A stretch of DNA of 62,544 nt, the filler included, from Jimgerdemannia flammicorona (taxonomy: Eukaryota): assembly GCA_003990765.1 (NCBI GenBank). It is 3 parts of 3 records of this genome, joined end to end, with 100 filler letters (N's around TTAATTAATTAA, not from the genome) between each part and the next. Parts side by side here need not be neighbours in the genome. Positions count along the whole stretch, not along the records: positions 1 to 20,798 come from RBNJ01001587.1; 2 more parts are not named here. One strand, 5' to 3'. Below are positions 1 to 12,660 of the stretch, piece by piece. Position 1 is the first letter of the stretch; every line of letters begins with the position of its first letter. The notes under the pieces are model-generated. The model made no database searches and was not told where the DNA came from. It saw only the letters and a list, made by a program, of their open reading frames with translations. The position numbers and the translations under genes are program-made.

Positions 1-1190
1 GGACCTAATGGGGAGCAGATTTACTTAAGAGTGGTTTGTGGGTTATTAAATAGATTTATTCACTATTCATGATATTGCTATACTAGGAGTAGTTGTGTGA
101 AGGAGTATTGTGGGGAAGTGTTCAGGAATGTTCTTGTATATTTGAGTCTGAGATTCTGAGGTCTGGGGGAGGGGGTATTTATACTAGTGAGGGGCTATCT
201 GGACTATGCTAAATATGGATGTAGCACTTAGTGCCTTCTGAGTCAGAATGCAGTCACATAGTACAAGTGTGATCTGACATATCAAGAGATCATCTGACTG
301 CTGAGTTAGTTCACAGTCATGTTGTATAGGGCTAATCTAACTATACTATGACTATTAAGCTATTTATAAGTTTAGACGCTGTCTGGTTAGTCATTGATGA
401 TATCACTATTGATGACATCATCACTGGCAAGGTCTGAACAGTATTCTGACTTCTGACATCATCAGTTTCAAGATGTCATTACTTCTATCTCTTGCAAGAT
501 TAAGACTGTCCTTGGTAGCAGTTGTTGTACAAGGATAACAGGTCTTGGTTCTCTTTTTTTTTGGTCTGCTGGTACATTTGCAAGGACTGGCCATTCTCGT
601 CTAGAGCAAGGGCTCCCAATATCGCAGCTGGGGTTTCGAACCTCTTGGAAATGATATTTTCTGTAATCCAAGACAATTTCTAGTGGTAATATCTATTATG
701 TAGATAACTTGAGATTGGTTTCGATGATGTTGGCTTTCTTGAGTTCAGATGAAGCATCCATCACTCTCCAACAGAGGTGACACAGATAGAGCAAACAGAG
801 TTGTTCAAATGCATTTTGCTTCTGCTAAGTAATGAGGTCTTATATAGTCACAGTGTATCTTGGTCTTGAGTTGATAAGTGCAGTTCGTGAATCTTTTGGT
901 AGATGAGATAGGGTTCTTCTTGTCTCAATTTGAGTTCGGTACTTTCAGTTTCCTTTTGTAATAGTACAGTACACCAAACTAGTTATAGCAGTTCAGAGTC
1001 AGTCTTATAGTTGTAGTACTTCTTCTAGTATTCTTATATCTTGGTGGTGGGTTCTCGTGCTTGCTGGCATATTTCATATAACCAGATGATCTCTTCAGTA
1101 ACTTGTTTTGTAGTCTTGCATGTAGTTTCCAAATTAGTTCTGAGAATGCCATGTGATTTTAGTGGCTTGGAAGTTGTGTGCTTACAACTA
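1..1190 (-). mobile_element. Degenerate 3' end of a non-chromo Ty3/gypsy element (integrase C-terminal region ~830-1190, conserved 3' block ~530-830, probable LTR ~1-482)
   Basis: Minus-strand translation EEIIWLYEICQQARE...RQEEPYLI resembles the integrase tail of B/D (EIRRLHQIRKKAKD...KWEGPYLV). 530-830 aligns by eye with 15600-15890. A TATAAATACCCC motif lies on the minus strand near 172-183, as in the other LTRs. Confidence 0.55.
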
Positions 1191-1229
1191 TAATAGAAAG
1201 TATATATGATTATAGGTACAGTCTTTTCA

Positions 1230-2723
1230 TCAGTAACTGGAGTCCTTCATAGAGAATCTGTCAATGAGAATGCTATTGAAGGAGCAGTATATAGGCCACT
1301 GATTAGTACTGAAGAGTTTGGATAATGAGGTGTTACTACTCAATAGCTGGCAAGTAGGGCTCTGAAATATTAAGTATAGTTTTGGAAGATAACTAGTAGT
1401 CAGAAAGATACGAAGATATTGATATAGGCTGAGGACTATGAAGAGATCAGGGTTATATTGAGCTCAGAAAAGGTACTAACTGAGCAATATACTATTATTA
1501 GTGATCTTAGCAATGTATTTTATGTAGAAGAATATATAGTAGTTAAAGAGAGCAGACCAGAAAAAGGATATTAAAAAGAGGATGAAGTCAGTAGCTTAAG
1601 TAAAGAATGGTGTTAGATCCATGAGACCAGAATAGAAATTATGGTGAATACTGAAATAGATGAGGAGTGTGGTCAAGAAGGATGGAATATTAGAGAGATC
1701 TTTAATAAGAGATAGAGACTTCCATAAGAAGACCCATGTACTGGCTTCATTAAGGAACTTGATAAACTAGGTCTCTGGAGAGAGACTATTCAAGATATAT
1801 TATATTCTAAGAAACAGTCAAGTGAGGTAGTGGAGAATGAGTTATTGACTACTATAGTGAGGAGATATTAGTTGACATTGGTATATTTCAGAGAGAGATT
1901 GATGCCCTGAACAATAGTATAGAATAGAGCTGCTGGGTAATTGATTAGTATAGTAGACAACTTACTATGAGAGGTATCAGAGGGGTCTTGGCCACTGGGT
2001 AAGCTGGAAGCAGGAATTACTATAGGGGCTGTAAAATAGACATAATAGTGATAGAGATAGAAACCATGAGGCAGTGGTGGCTTCCTCTCAAGTTCTGGAT
2101 AGTATGGTAGTGGATGCTGAGGAGGAATGTTATGTTGAATTTCTGTGCTGGGCATCTAGTAGAGGGTAGCCAATTTGATTATGAGAAGTATTATAATATA
2201 GGGCAAGTTGGGGGTTCTGTACAAATGCCTGAACATTGGCTGGAAGAGTGTGAGATTCTGAGGGACTTTTGGATAGCAGTAGGGAATTGGTTGGGTGTGG
2301 TAAGGAGACTGGATGGAGAGAGAGGTCACTGGGAGGATTTGAAATCTCGGCTAGTGGGTGGTGTGGGTAATGGCTGGCTGGCTTGCTGGACATTGGCTCT
2401 TTGTTTTTGAGGAGGAGTGATAGATGGGTGTACAGGAGAAGTTGTTAAGGTAGGAGGGGTTGATGGGGGATCTGCTGACTGGGTGGTGGGTGGGTTGGGG
2501 TCCCCAGGGTGGTAAACATCACTGCCTGGTAGAAGAAATCTGTGAACAAAGTGGTGGGCAGGTGGAGATAGTGTTAGACAAAGTGGTCTTTCATTGAGTA
2601 GAGGTAGGAGGGGGGGGGGCCCCTAGGGAGATCAGATAGGGTTGGGCATTGTGTATTATTTAGAAGATAGATAGTATATTAATAAAGGAAGAAGTCTGAG
2701 TGATTATAAAAAAAAAAAAAAAA
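1230..2723 (+). mobile_element. Degenerate 5'-truncated L1/Tx1-like LINE ending in poly(A)
   Basis: 2070-2640 is a decayed homologue of 4735-5330 (LRRNVMLNF..GHLV..PEHWLEEC). AATAAA then A16 at 2708-2723. The 5' boundary is approximate. Confidence 0.7.
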
Positions 2724-5700
2724 GAGGACTTGCTGAGATACTGGAAGAGTTGAGTAGAGTAGTGGAGCAGTGGGCAAAGGCTTTGAAAGCTTTTGTGGAG
2801 TCAACACACTTGGAGGTGGTAGATGGGAAGTGGATTCAAGTGGACAAGGGGCAATGGGAAAATGCTCAGGGGCATAAGTATCAGAAGGAGCTACTAACTA
2901 AGATGGAAAGTCGACCACAGAAGGAGGTAGGTGGAATGGTGGAAACAGGGGGTGCCAGGGCAAGTGTCTGGGCTGGCATGGATGGTGGGAGTGTAGAGAA
3001 GGAGACAGGAGAGGACAGAAAAGCAGCTGGCAATGACCTGTATGTGGATGGTATGTTAGAGATCTGGGAAGAGGACTGGGAGGGATCATCTACCCCTACT
3101 TCTCTTATCAGGCAAGGTCTAGCAGGATGGGAGAGGATGTGTAAATGAAGGGGGCCCAGCAAGTGCAATTTGGAGTTTCTGAGGTGGCGAATGGGGGGCA
3201 GGTGATGGTGGTTGGAGAGGAGAAACTGGTGGATGTCCCAGAGGTGTGGGATGAGGCTGCAAGTGCCAGGGCTGACACCACAATGTTGGATGGTGGGAGA
3301 CTGGTGACCCCTGGGGGGAAGGAGGTGGGAAACCTACTTTGGATGTGCAGGATGATGATCAATCTGGTGGCTGAAGAGTTGGGGGAGGTGGACTTAAGAG
3401 TAATGAGTGATCAGCATTGGGCACAGATCCTGCAGGGGGAGGGTGTGGGGTTGGCATTGAAGGCCGAGATCCTTGCAGTGTATCTGAAGGAGGAAGGGTA
3501 TGAGGTGGATAAGGAGTGGGAGGCAGAGCTAGCAGGGGTTGCTGGCAAGAGGGCCAAATACTGTTGAGTCAAGTGACATAGATTGCAGCTCTGGCAGGAG
3601 GCCTGCCTGGAGTTAATGGCCACAGGGGAGTGACCTTTCCCCTGGGATGTGGGGTGCCACAAGGGGACCCCTTGTCACCCATATTGTATGCTCTTTCTCT
3701 GGAGCCCCTACTGGACAGAATTCGGTGTCGGATTGGGGGTTTGGACATTCTAGGGGTTAATTGGAAGGTGGGGGCCTTTGCTGATGATATGGTGGTCGGG
3801 CTGGGCTCTCTGGTGGATGTAGGGGAGTTACAAAGGTCTGTGGAATGGTATGAGAGGGGCTCTGGTGCTAAACTGAACTGGCATAAGTGTGAGACTCTGG
3901 TGCTTGGTGCAGGGATTGTCAGTGGCGATGTCATTGGGACAGTGGTACCAGCTGGAGAACCAGTGCGATATTTGGGGATCTCCTTCTCAGTGTTCGGATC
4001 CCTTCTTCCCCAGGTATGGTGGGATCATAAGCTATTGGAGTGGGGAAATGTTCTGCTGTGGTGGGGAGGCCGGCATATGTCCCTAGCTGGAAGGGTGATG
4101 GTGCTGAATGTGTATTAGATGCCAAAGCTGTGGTATGTGGGATATCATTTGGACTTCCCAACCTGGGTGGTCAAGGGGCTGTTGAAGATGGCGAGGTCAT
4201 GGATATGGGGAGGGCAGCAGAGCCAGGTCAGTTGGGAGGTGCTCACACTGCCCTTGGAAAGAGGGGGGCTGGGCTTAGTGGACTTTACTAAGCAGCTCCT
4301 TTGCCTTAGAGCTTGGTGGCTGCGAAGGGCAAGTGAGCTTCAGGGTTGGGAGTGGGTGACCCTCATGCAGAGATTGTGGGAGGTTCGGTACTCCCCATGT
4401 GGTGATTCTGGTGACTTGCTCGCAATGGTGGCCATGGAGGTGAGTGGGAGGATGCGGTTTACTGGCTTCTGGTGGGGGTGGTGGATAGTACTAAGAAGAT
4501 CGGCCTTCGGTGGCAAGGTGATGAAGCCGAGGAGGATTGGGGACCGCAGATGTGGCGGTGGGACAGATTGCTACTAGGTGGTGTTCTGGTGGAGGACTTT
4601 CAGCTTAGCAAGGGTCTGGAAGTGCCTGCGAGGCCTGAGTGGCGACCTGTGGCCTGAAGCCTGGCAGAGGGTCAGAATTGGGGAGGAGTGGGATTGGAAT
4701 GGACTCTGGTACTGGAGCAAAAGGGTGAGGCAGTGGCTGCCCCCCAAGTTCTGGGTGGTATAGTGGCGGGTCCTACGGCAGAATGTAATGTTGAACTATC
4801 GGTCTGGGCACTTGGTGGATGGTGGAGTATTCAAGTGTGAGGAGTGTTTCAATGTTGGCCAGGAGGGAGGGGAGATACAAACGCCTGAACATTGGCTTGG
4901 TGAATGTGTGGTTTTGGAGGGGTTTTGGGGAGGTATTATGTACCGGGTGGGGCTGAGTGTTTTGGAGGGAGGAGGAGGGGGGAGATGGGGAGAGCTCTGC
5001 TGGCGACTGGTGGGTGGAGTTGGGGACGAATGGCTGACCCTTGGTTGGGCATTGGCTATGTGGGTTGGGTTGGCTGGACATTGGGTTCATGTATTTGAGG
5101 AAGGGCGTAGGGTTGGGGTTGGGGACAAGTTGGCACGCTGGGAATGGTTGCTTTTGGACATTTTGAATGGCTGGTGGCAGGGTTGGAGATTGGGTGGAGG
5201 GAACTGCAGGGGGTTGGTGCAGCGCATCTCCCAGAAGAGTGGTGTAAGGATTCGGGTAGTAGGTGATCGGGTGGTGCTCAGGCAGGGGGAGAATGTGGGG
5301 GGTGATCTGGGCCCATGGGGCATTGGGTGAGGGTGAGTGTGGCATTGTATTGTTAGTACTATAGAATTCAGTAATAAAGGGCAGTCCAAGTGACTGTAAT
5401 TATAAAAAAAAAAAGAGGCCTGCCTGGAGTACTAAGAGAAGTTTGAGGAGAAGGCAGATGGGGAGATGAATGAGCTGTTGGCCAGATTGGAGGCTCAGAG
5501 GGCTGAAGAGGAGGTGGTGACTGTGGAACATAATCTGGACATGGCACAGGAAGATATGAACATGGAGCAGTAGAGATGGACTGAATAAACACACCATACT
5601 TTATTATGAATCGTATAACCAACATTTTTTCTTTGAACATAAATAGGTTATGGAGTGCTTATCAATGTAGGAATATTTTTACTTGGCTGAAGGAATTGGA

Positions 5701-5804
5701 GACCGATCTCTTCCTCTTGCAGGATATCAGGTGTAAAGATGATTTGGATAGACTGGAATGGATGAAGGAATGGGGAGATGAGGCAGTTTGGAAGAGAAAG
5801 GTTG
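2724..5804 (+). mobile_element. Host LINE: ORF1 C-terminal half (2724-3613 + 5431-5573) and start of ORF2 APE endonuclease (5606-5804), split by later insertions
   Basis: KEDLL..LEELSRVVEQWAKALKAF..EVVDGKWIQVDKGQWE matches ORF1 at 42078-43217 (EKEDLLEALEDLTGAVERRRLAWKEY..EIVEGKKIRMDRGTWE). The frame is continuous across the 3614-5430 insertion. 5606 MNRITNIFSLNINRL..IFTWLKE..DLFLLQD is an APE motif I/II pattern. Confidence 0.75.
3614..5414 (+). mobile_element. 5'-truncated L1/Tx1-like LINE (RT C-terminal half to poly(A)) with 16-bp TSD
   Basis: GVPQGDPLSPILYALSLEPL, AFADD, YLG and GGLG RT motifs; C-terminal CxxC..H..C; poly(A) 5404-5414; GAGGCCTGCCTGGAGT at both 3598-3613 and 5415-5430. Confidence 0.9.
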
Positions 5805-6597
5805 TGTAATAGAATGAATGAGCAAGCAAACAGATGGGATGCGATGAGTGATGAGCAATTACATGACCTGGCAAGTGATGACATCATCATATGAACAAAG
5901 CATGACATATGAAATACAAATGACAAATGATACGAAATGATGCAGAAAATGATATCCAGCTTATCCCCAACAATTAGCACTGCAGCAACTGTTGCCACAG
6001 CCACTGATCATTGCCTAGTAATTGAGGTCCTAATCACAAAGTTGTTTCTTTGCCAAAAACCACCTGACAAAGGTCACAATCACAAATCTCATTATAGTTA
6101 CCAAATTAGTTACTCATACTTAGTCAAAAATTGCAGACCAACTTGTATAAATACCCCCCAGTTTCTATCCGAAATAAAGCAGTTTTGTTCAGTCCTTGAT
6201 ATAAGAATCAAGTCCCACCCCCCACACACACACATTCCCCTGAGTCTTAGTAATGACATCTAAGTGACTCTAGTGTTTCTGACTAAACTCCAGAAGCCTA
6301 GCTAACTTCTGCCAGAACTGAGACTGGTATATAAACCCCCAAAGACTTAAGTAAACCCATTGAACCTGAATTCCAAGGCGAATTCAGTCTGTGCACAGCA
6401 AAGAACAAGACCCTTGAATTAGGGCACAAGAGAAAGACCTTTGAAATAGAAGGCACTGCTGCTACAACTACTTACAAGTGAGCACTTCCTCAAACTGAAG
6501 GCTTCTTGGTACACATTGTGTACTAAGTTCCTAAGTAATAGTCCACTTCTCTAATTATCCAAAGGATAAGAGAGGGGTAGAAGTGAGAGTTATTACA
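5805..6597 (+). repeat. 5' LTR of A1 (793 bp)
   Basis: TGTAATA...TATTACA termini; reverse complement of 13758-14538; TATAAATACCCC near 6146. Confidence 0.92.
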
Positions 6598-6600
6598 ACT

Positions 6601-6612
6601 TGGTAGCAGCAG
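6601..6612 (+). promoter_or_regulatory. Primer-binding site of family A (TGGTAGCAGCAG), possibly initiator tRNA-Met
   Basis: TGG begins 3 nt after the LTR end; the same sequence is at 20635-20646 on the minus strand. The tRNA assignment is inferred from TGGTAGC only. Confidence 0.7.
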
Positions 6613-7467
6613 ATTACCAGCCAAGAAGGCACCAAAGAACATACTCCTGAGAAGTTGGAACAAGACCAACCTTGGACAGGAGTAACCCCCAGAAACAACT
6701 GTAGATCCTCAAACCAGAGCCAGAGAAGCCCTTGCCATTAGGACTAGGTGGTACCAGGAAACCACAGATCCAAGGACCCACTAGATTGTAATTGACCAGG
6801 CTTACAAGGATCTATATCAGGCCTTTAGGACATACCACCCAGGACTTAGGAATATTGTTAGCCACCGTAGGTTCTACGAATTCCTCTGAGGACACATTGG
6901 AACCACTAGGACCCCAGAATCTACTGCTGCAGCCACTCAGGATTTTTTAGATTATATCACACCCTCTGCTGCAAGAGAAATAGCTGCTGAGTAGATAGCC
7001 TCTGACAGATATCATCACACCCCTATCAAGACCTCCCTCTACTACAGGCTAGTTGTATACTACACCTCTGCCATAACTAGGTATGAGAATGAGCAAGCAG
7101 GCCAACCATCCCCTACTGCTAAACAAAGAGCAGGCCCATCTACCCAGCCAGAGACTGATATCCTCTTTGAAGGACCTAGCCAGTATGAGGACACTCTATC
7201 TCATCAGAGAAGAGAGTCAGATGAAGACTCTACAGGTTACCAGCCTGATGATAGATAACAAGGAACAGCAGGCCTAGGAATTTACCAAGGAACCACAGGT
7301 CAAGAAGATCAGACCCCAGAACCAACCCAGCCACCTATACAGAGGTTTGGTTTGACTTGATATCCAGGAACCAAATAACCCCAAGTCATACAGCACCACA
7401 ACCCCACTAAGCAGAACAATCCTCAAGACAATCTACCCCAACAGGCCTACCACCAATAGTCAACACA

Positions 7468-10400
7468 ATGGTAGATACCAATATTGCAGCACTGACTACC
7501 AAGCTAGCAGCACTAGCAGGGATAGTAGGACAGATTGCTGAATAGAACAAGCCAACCAAGACCTTGCGAATCCTAATATTCATTGGAAAAAACAGTAACA
7601 TTGAAAACTTCATCAATGCAGTTGATACAGGCTACCAAGCAAACCAATGGAATAACAACCAAGTGCCTATAGGAATGCTCACCAATAACCACAACAACAC
7701 CCTTCAACAGCTGTTTGCCACATCAGCAGCACAAGTAGAAACAGTAGCCACATTCTTAACTGAAACAGCAGCCGAATTCTGGTATACCCTGGAACAACAC
7801 TCAGTAACCTGGGAAGTCTGCCCTCAAGTCAATGGACAAGTACCTGCCAACAATAGACCAGGTTGGGATGACTATGAAGCAGGCCCAGGACTCAAGGCCT
7901 TGCTACTGACCAAATTCTAAAATGCAGCCTACATATAAGAAACTTGGAACAAACTATTCCAGATGAAGTTCCACAAAAATGGCAAAGAGGACCTAGAGAC
8001 CTTTGCCACCAGAATAGATGCCTATCTCAAAACTGTAGGACTTACCTATCAGGAGAACAATTTGGCCATCAATGGTACCGGAGTCAACCATCTTTTTGCA
8101 GCCCTACCAGACTGGCTCACCCAGAAGATCAAGGAACAAGGTCTCCCCCAAGGATGCCCCCACTACTCATGGTGTTTTGCCCAAGTACAAAGAAGAGCCC
8201 ATGAAATCCTTGCTGTACAAGCTCCACAAAATCAAGAATACAAGAAGGATAACCAAGATAGGAGGAATCCTACCAGGAGAAATGATCAAAGGAATGATCA
8301 AAGATATGATCAATGGAATGATCAAAGGAACCAGTGAAATCCCGGAGGACCCAGACCTCCCACTGAGGATGAAAAGAAGCAGCTTCATGAAAAAGGATTG
8401 TGCTTCATCTGTAAGAAGGCAGGACACATCTCAGTCAAATGCCCTGAGAGGAGAAACAGATCAGGTGAACTCAGTAACCAGAACATTACTGTCATTGAAG
8501 AAGGTCCAGGGAAGAAGAACTCTGAGAATGTCATTAAAGTACAGAAAATATAGTACAAGGCTACCATCCCCACTAAGGCCCACCCAACTGATGCTGAATA
8601 TGAACTCTACAGTAGCCAAGATCTCACCATTCCACCAAGCACCAATGCTACAGTGTGAACAGGAATTGCAATGTAAGCTCCCAAAGGAACATACATCCGC
8701 CTTGCTGAGCAAAGCAGCCTAGCCAAAGAGTTCAATATTGGGCTAAGTGGAGGAGTAGTTGACTAAGAATTTACTGGCGAAATCTGTATCATCTTGTGAA
8801 ATTTTGGAGACACATCATTTGAAGTCAAAGCAGGCCAAAGAATTGCCCAAGCAATCATTGAAGAAATCCATCAAGATCTCACCATTGAAGAAGTCCCCGA
8901 ACTCTCCCAGACAGACTATGGCAAGAAAGGGTTTGGATCTACCAACAAACCTCCCAGTCAAAAGGTCACTACTATGAAGGAAGATGATGAAAACTGGTAT
9001 AAGAGAATTACAGATGGTTATGCACCATATGGATGATGCCCTCATTCTATTCAAATGTACTGCATGGAACATGTTGGTGAATGCCATGCATGTCTCTCCA
9101 AAGTTCTCAAAATTCAATCCGAGAAGTGTCAAGCCCAATAGACTGAGGAACCCCAACAAGACAACCCTCCTTGTGAAGGATGGGGAGAAACTGACTTTGA
9201 GGAGACTGACAGCAATTGGGACAACAATGAGGATGAAGAGCTCCACACTATCAAGAAGGAGGACAGTTGCATCAAGTTCACAGGCCAAGTCCACAGACAG
9301 AATGTCAATGTCTTGCTTAATAGCAGTGCTACTGGAAACTATATCAGCACTAAGACTGCGAAGAGGATTGGAGCCCAAAGCAGACCAGCTACTGAGAAAA
9401 GAAGTGTTACCTTCGGTGATGGCAAGACTATACCATTGACCACGATCTGTGAAGATCTCTTGCTCAAGATTGGCAAATATCAAGAGAAGTTGGACTTCAG
9501 CATTGTAGACCTCCCAGGACAAGACATTATCCTAAGAAAAGCCTGGTTGACCCAGCACAACCCAGATATCAACTGGAGAACCAATGAGGTTAACCTGACC
9601 CATGAAGACAGAAAGATCACCCTGATACCCCAGGAAGGTACCAACCACCAAGGAATTGAAATCATCTCTGCCATTCAAATGAAGAGACTCTCTCAAAAAA
9701 AGGAAAACACCTACTTTATCTGTACAGTACAAGAAGTCACTGAAGCTACAAGTAGCCCAATTCCAACAGCAGCTCAAGAACTGTTTGAAGAATTCCAAGA
9801 TGTATTCCAAGACCCCCAAGGACTTCCACCGAAGTGCCAAATCCAACATGAAATTGATCTTATTCCAGGATCTGAACCCCTATACAAGAGTATCTACCAA
9901 CTGGCCCAACCTGAGCTCAAGACCCTCAAGGATGAATTGATCAAACTACTGGCCCAAGGATACATTGAACCCAGCCACTCTCCATTTGGAGCCCCTATTC
10001 TATTTGTCAAGAAGAAGGATGGCTCTCTGCGAATGTGTATTGACTATAGAGCCCTCAACAAGATCACCATCAAGAACCAGTATGCCTTGCCTAGGATTGA
10101 TGAGTTGCTACACCAAATCTTCAAGGCCAAGACCTTTTCCCTACTAGATTTGTGAAATGGCTACCACCAGATTCTCATTGATGAGAAGGACATTGAGAAG
10201 ATAGCTTTTCAAACATGGTTTGGACACTACCAGTTCCGAGTCATGCCTTTTGGATTGACCAATGCACCAGCAACTTTCCAGTATCAGATGAATGACATCT
10301 TTGGACCACTCCTCAACATCTGTGTCCTTGTGTATATTGATGATATATGAATCTACAGTGAGACAGTAGAGCTACACTACACCCACCTCAGACAGGTACT

Positions 10401-12660
10401 GACTCTTCTGCAAGAACACCAGCTCTATGCCAAGATGAGCAAGTGTAAGTTCTATCAAGACCAGATCGAGTACCTAGAACATATCATCTCTGCTGAAGGA
10501 ATCATTGTGGATCTCTGAAAAGTATCAGCCCTCAAGGATATTCCTATCCCTACTACCCTCAAGCTACTCCAGCACTTTCTGGGTATTGCCGGTTATTATT
10601 AAAGGTTTATCTAAGGATACTCTGCTATTGCAGCTCCATTGACCAGCCTGGCCTGCAAAGGAGTGAACATCAAAGTTGAATGGACCCCCGAATGTACCTT
10701 AGCTATGGATCATCTCAAGAGACTCCTTACTGAGACCCTAGTACTAATTGCACCTGACTCTACCAGGCCATTCACCCTGACCACAGATGCCTCTGATATT
10801 GCTATTGAAGCAGTACTCAGCCAAGAAGACCACCCAGTGGCCTACCTTTCCCAAAAGCTCAAGCCAGCTGAGATCTGGTACACCACCCATAAGAAGGAGC
10901 TCCTGGCCATTGTTACTGCACTCCAGGAATGGTGCCATTTCCTCTTAGGACAACTATTTGTAGCCTATACTGATCACTATGCCCTATGGTATATTTACCC
11001 ACAACCTATGCTGATCCACAGACAAGCCCACTGGATAGAAATCATTGCCAACTTTGATATAGAAATCAAGTATATCCCAGACAAAACCAACTGTGTGGCT
11101 GATGGTTTCTCCAGGTATATGGAAGATGAACTTGTCTTCATGGTCGAAGTATTTGGAGACCTTACTCAAATGATCAAGGACAGCTACCAGCAAGACAGCC
11201 CCCTGATGAAATTCCTTCAATTCTGCCAAGACCCAGAGGCCGAGGTCCCAGAACCTATGAGGCAAATGGTCAAGAGATTCACTTACCATGATGGACTTAT
11301 CTACAGGGACCATAACAGAGTAGTTGTATCCAACAATGATACTCTGTGACTCAAGATCATACAGGAACTCCATAATACTTCTGCAGCAGAACACTTTGGT
11401 TTCGAAAAGACCTACAACCTCCTCTCAAGAGAATTCTACTGGCCAAAAATGACCAAGGACATCAAAGACTTTGTGGCCTCATGCAAGATATACCAAAGGT
11501 TCAAAAGTGGTAACAAGCTACCAGCAGGACTCCCACAACCCTTGTCTATTCCAAGCTACAACTGGGATCAGATTGCAATGGACTTCATTGTCTAACTCCC
11601 CAAGACCAAGGCAGGATGGGATGCCATCTTCATATTTGTGGACCGCCTAAGTAAACAAGCCCATTTTGTACCCATCAAGACTACTGCTACCGCACCAGAG
11701 ATTGCTGAGATTTTTCTCAATCAAGTATTCAGGCTACATGGCATGCCTAGCACCATTGGATCTGACCGAGATGCCAAGTTCACAAGCAACTTCTGAAAGG
11801 CTTTCTTCTCTCTCTGTGGAACCAAGCTGAAGTTCTCTACTGCCTACCACCCTCAGACCAACGGTCAAACCAAGTGAACCAACAGGACTCTCAAACAGAT
11901 GCTTAGCATCTTCTGCTGTTACAAGCAAAATGATTGGGACAAGTATCTAGCTCATGCTGAGTTTGCCTACAACAACAGTCAGCAAACCTCTACAAAGAAG
12001 ACTCCATTCTTTCTGAACCATGGTCAACGCTCAAGAACCCTGAGTACTACTGCAAAATCAGCAGTCCCAGCAGCCTAAGATCTGGCCAAGACCATTTCTG
12101 ACCTTATCCGAATGACAAGAGATGCTCTCATAGAAGCACAAGACTACCAGACCAAGTATGTGAATCCAAAGTGAAGAGAAGCCTCCTACAATATTGGTGA
12201 CATGGTCATGCTTAGAACAGACCACCTCCACCCAGACACCCTAGCACAACAACCAGCCAAGAAACTCTATGCTAGAAGAATTGGACCATACAAGATTGTG
12301 GAAAAAATCAGTGAAGTCAACTATAAGTTGCAACTTCCCCACAATGTCTGAGTACACCCAGTATTCCATATCAGCCAATTGGTGGACTACCATGAGAACT
12401 CATTTCCCGAGCATATAGTTCCCCCACCACCCCCAATTAGGATCAATGATCATGAGGAATTCGAAATTGAGGAAGTACTTGACCACAAGGTCTGCAAATA
12501 TCCCAAAACAGTCAAGCAGTTTTTCCTGATCAAGTGGAAGGGTTACCCCACCCATGATGCCATCTGGAAAAAAGAAGAAGCCCTGAAAAATTCATGCAAA
12601 GCCCTCCAGGACTACATGGAAACACTCACTCTCCAGCAAAGAAAGGAACTGCAGCTCTAA
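7468..12660 (+). pseudogene. A1 gag-pol in a single frame: gag-CCHC-dUTPase(~8533-8943)-Cys/His module(8995-9093)-PR-RT-RH-IN-chromodomain
   Basis: ORF pieces 7564, 7963, 9313, 10639 and 12379 share one frame and are broken only by stops. [77 protein letters not shown]. Confidence 0.92.

Noticed and set aside
455..470. Other CTGATGA matches (near 460, 1227, 7201, 21886, 28464, 52674)
   Set aside because: None is followed by a stem II plus GAAA with matching stems I and III.
625..650. GGTTCGAAACC T-arm-like string as a tRNA gene
   Set aside because: No cloverleaf or A-box could be built around it.
8815..9522. 235-aa antisense ORF open in both A1 and A2 (19163-19870)
   Set aside because: Antisense to pol in closely related copies, with no motif; explained by codon composition.
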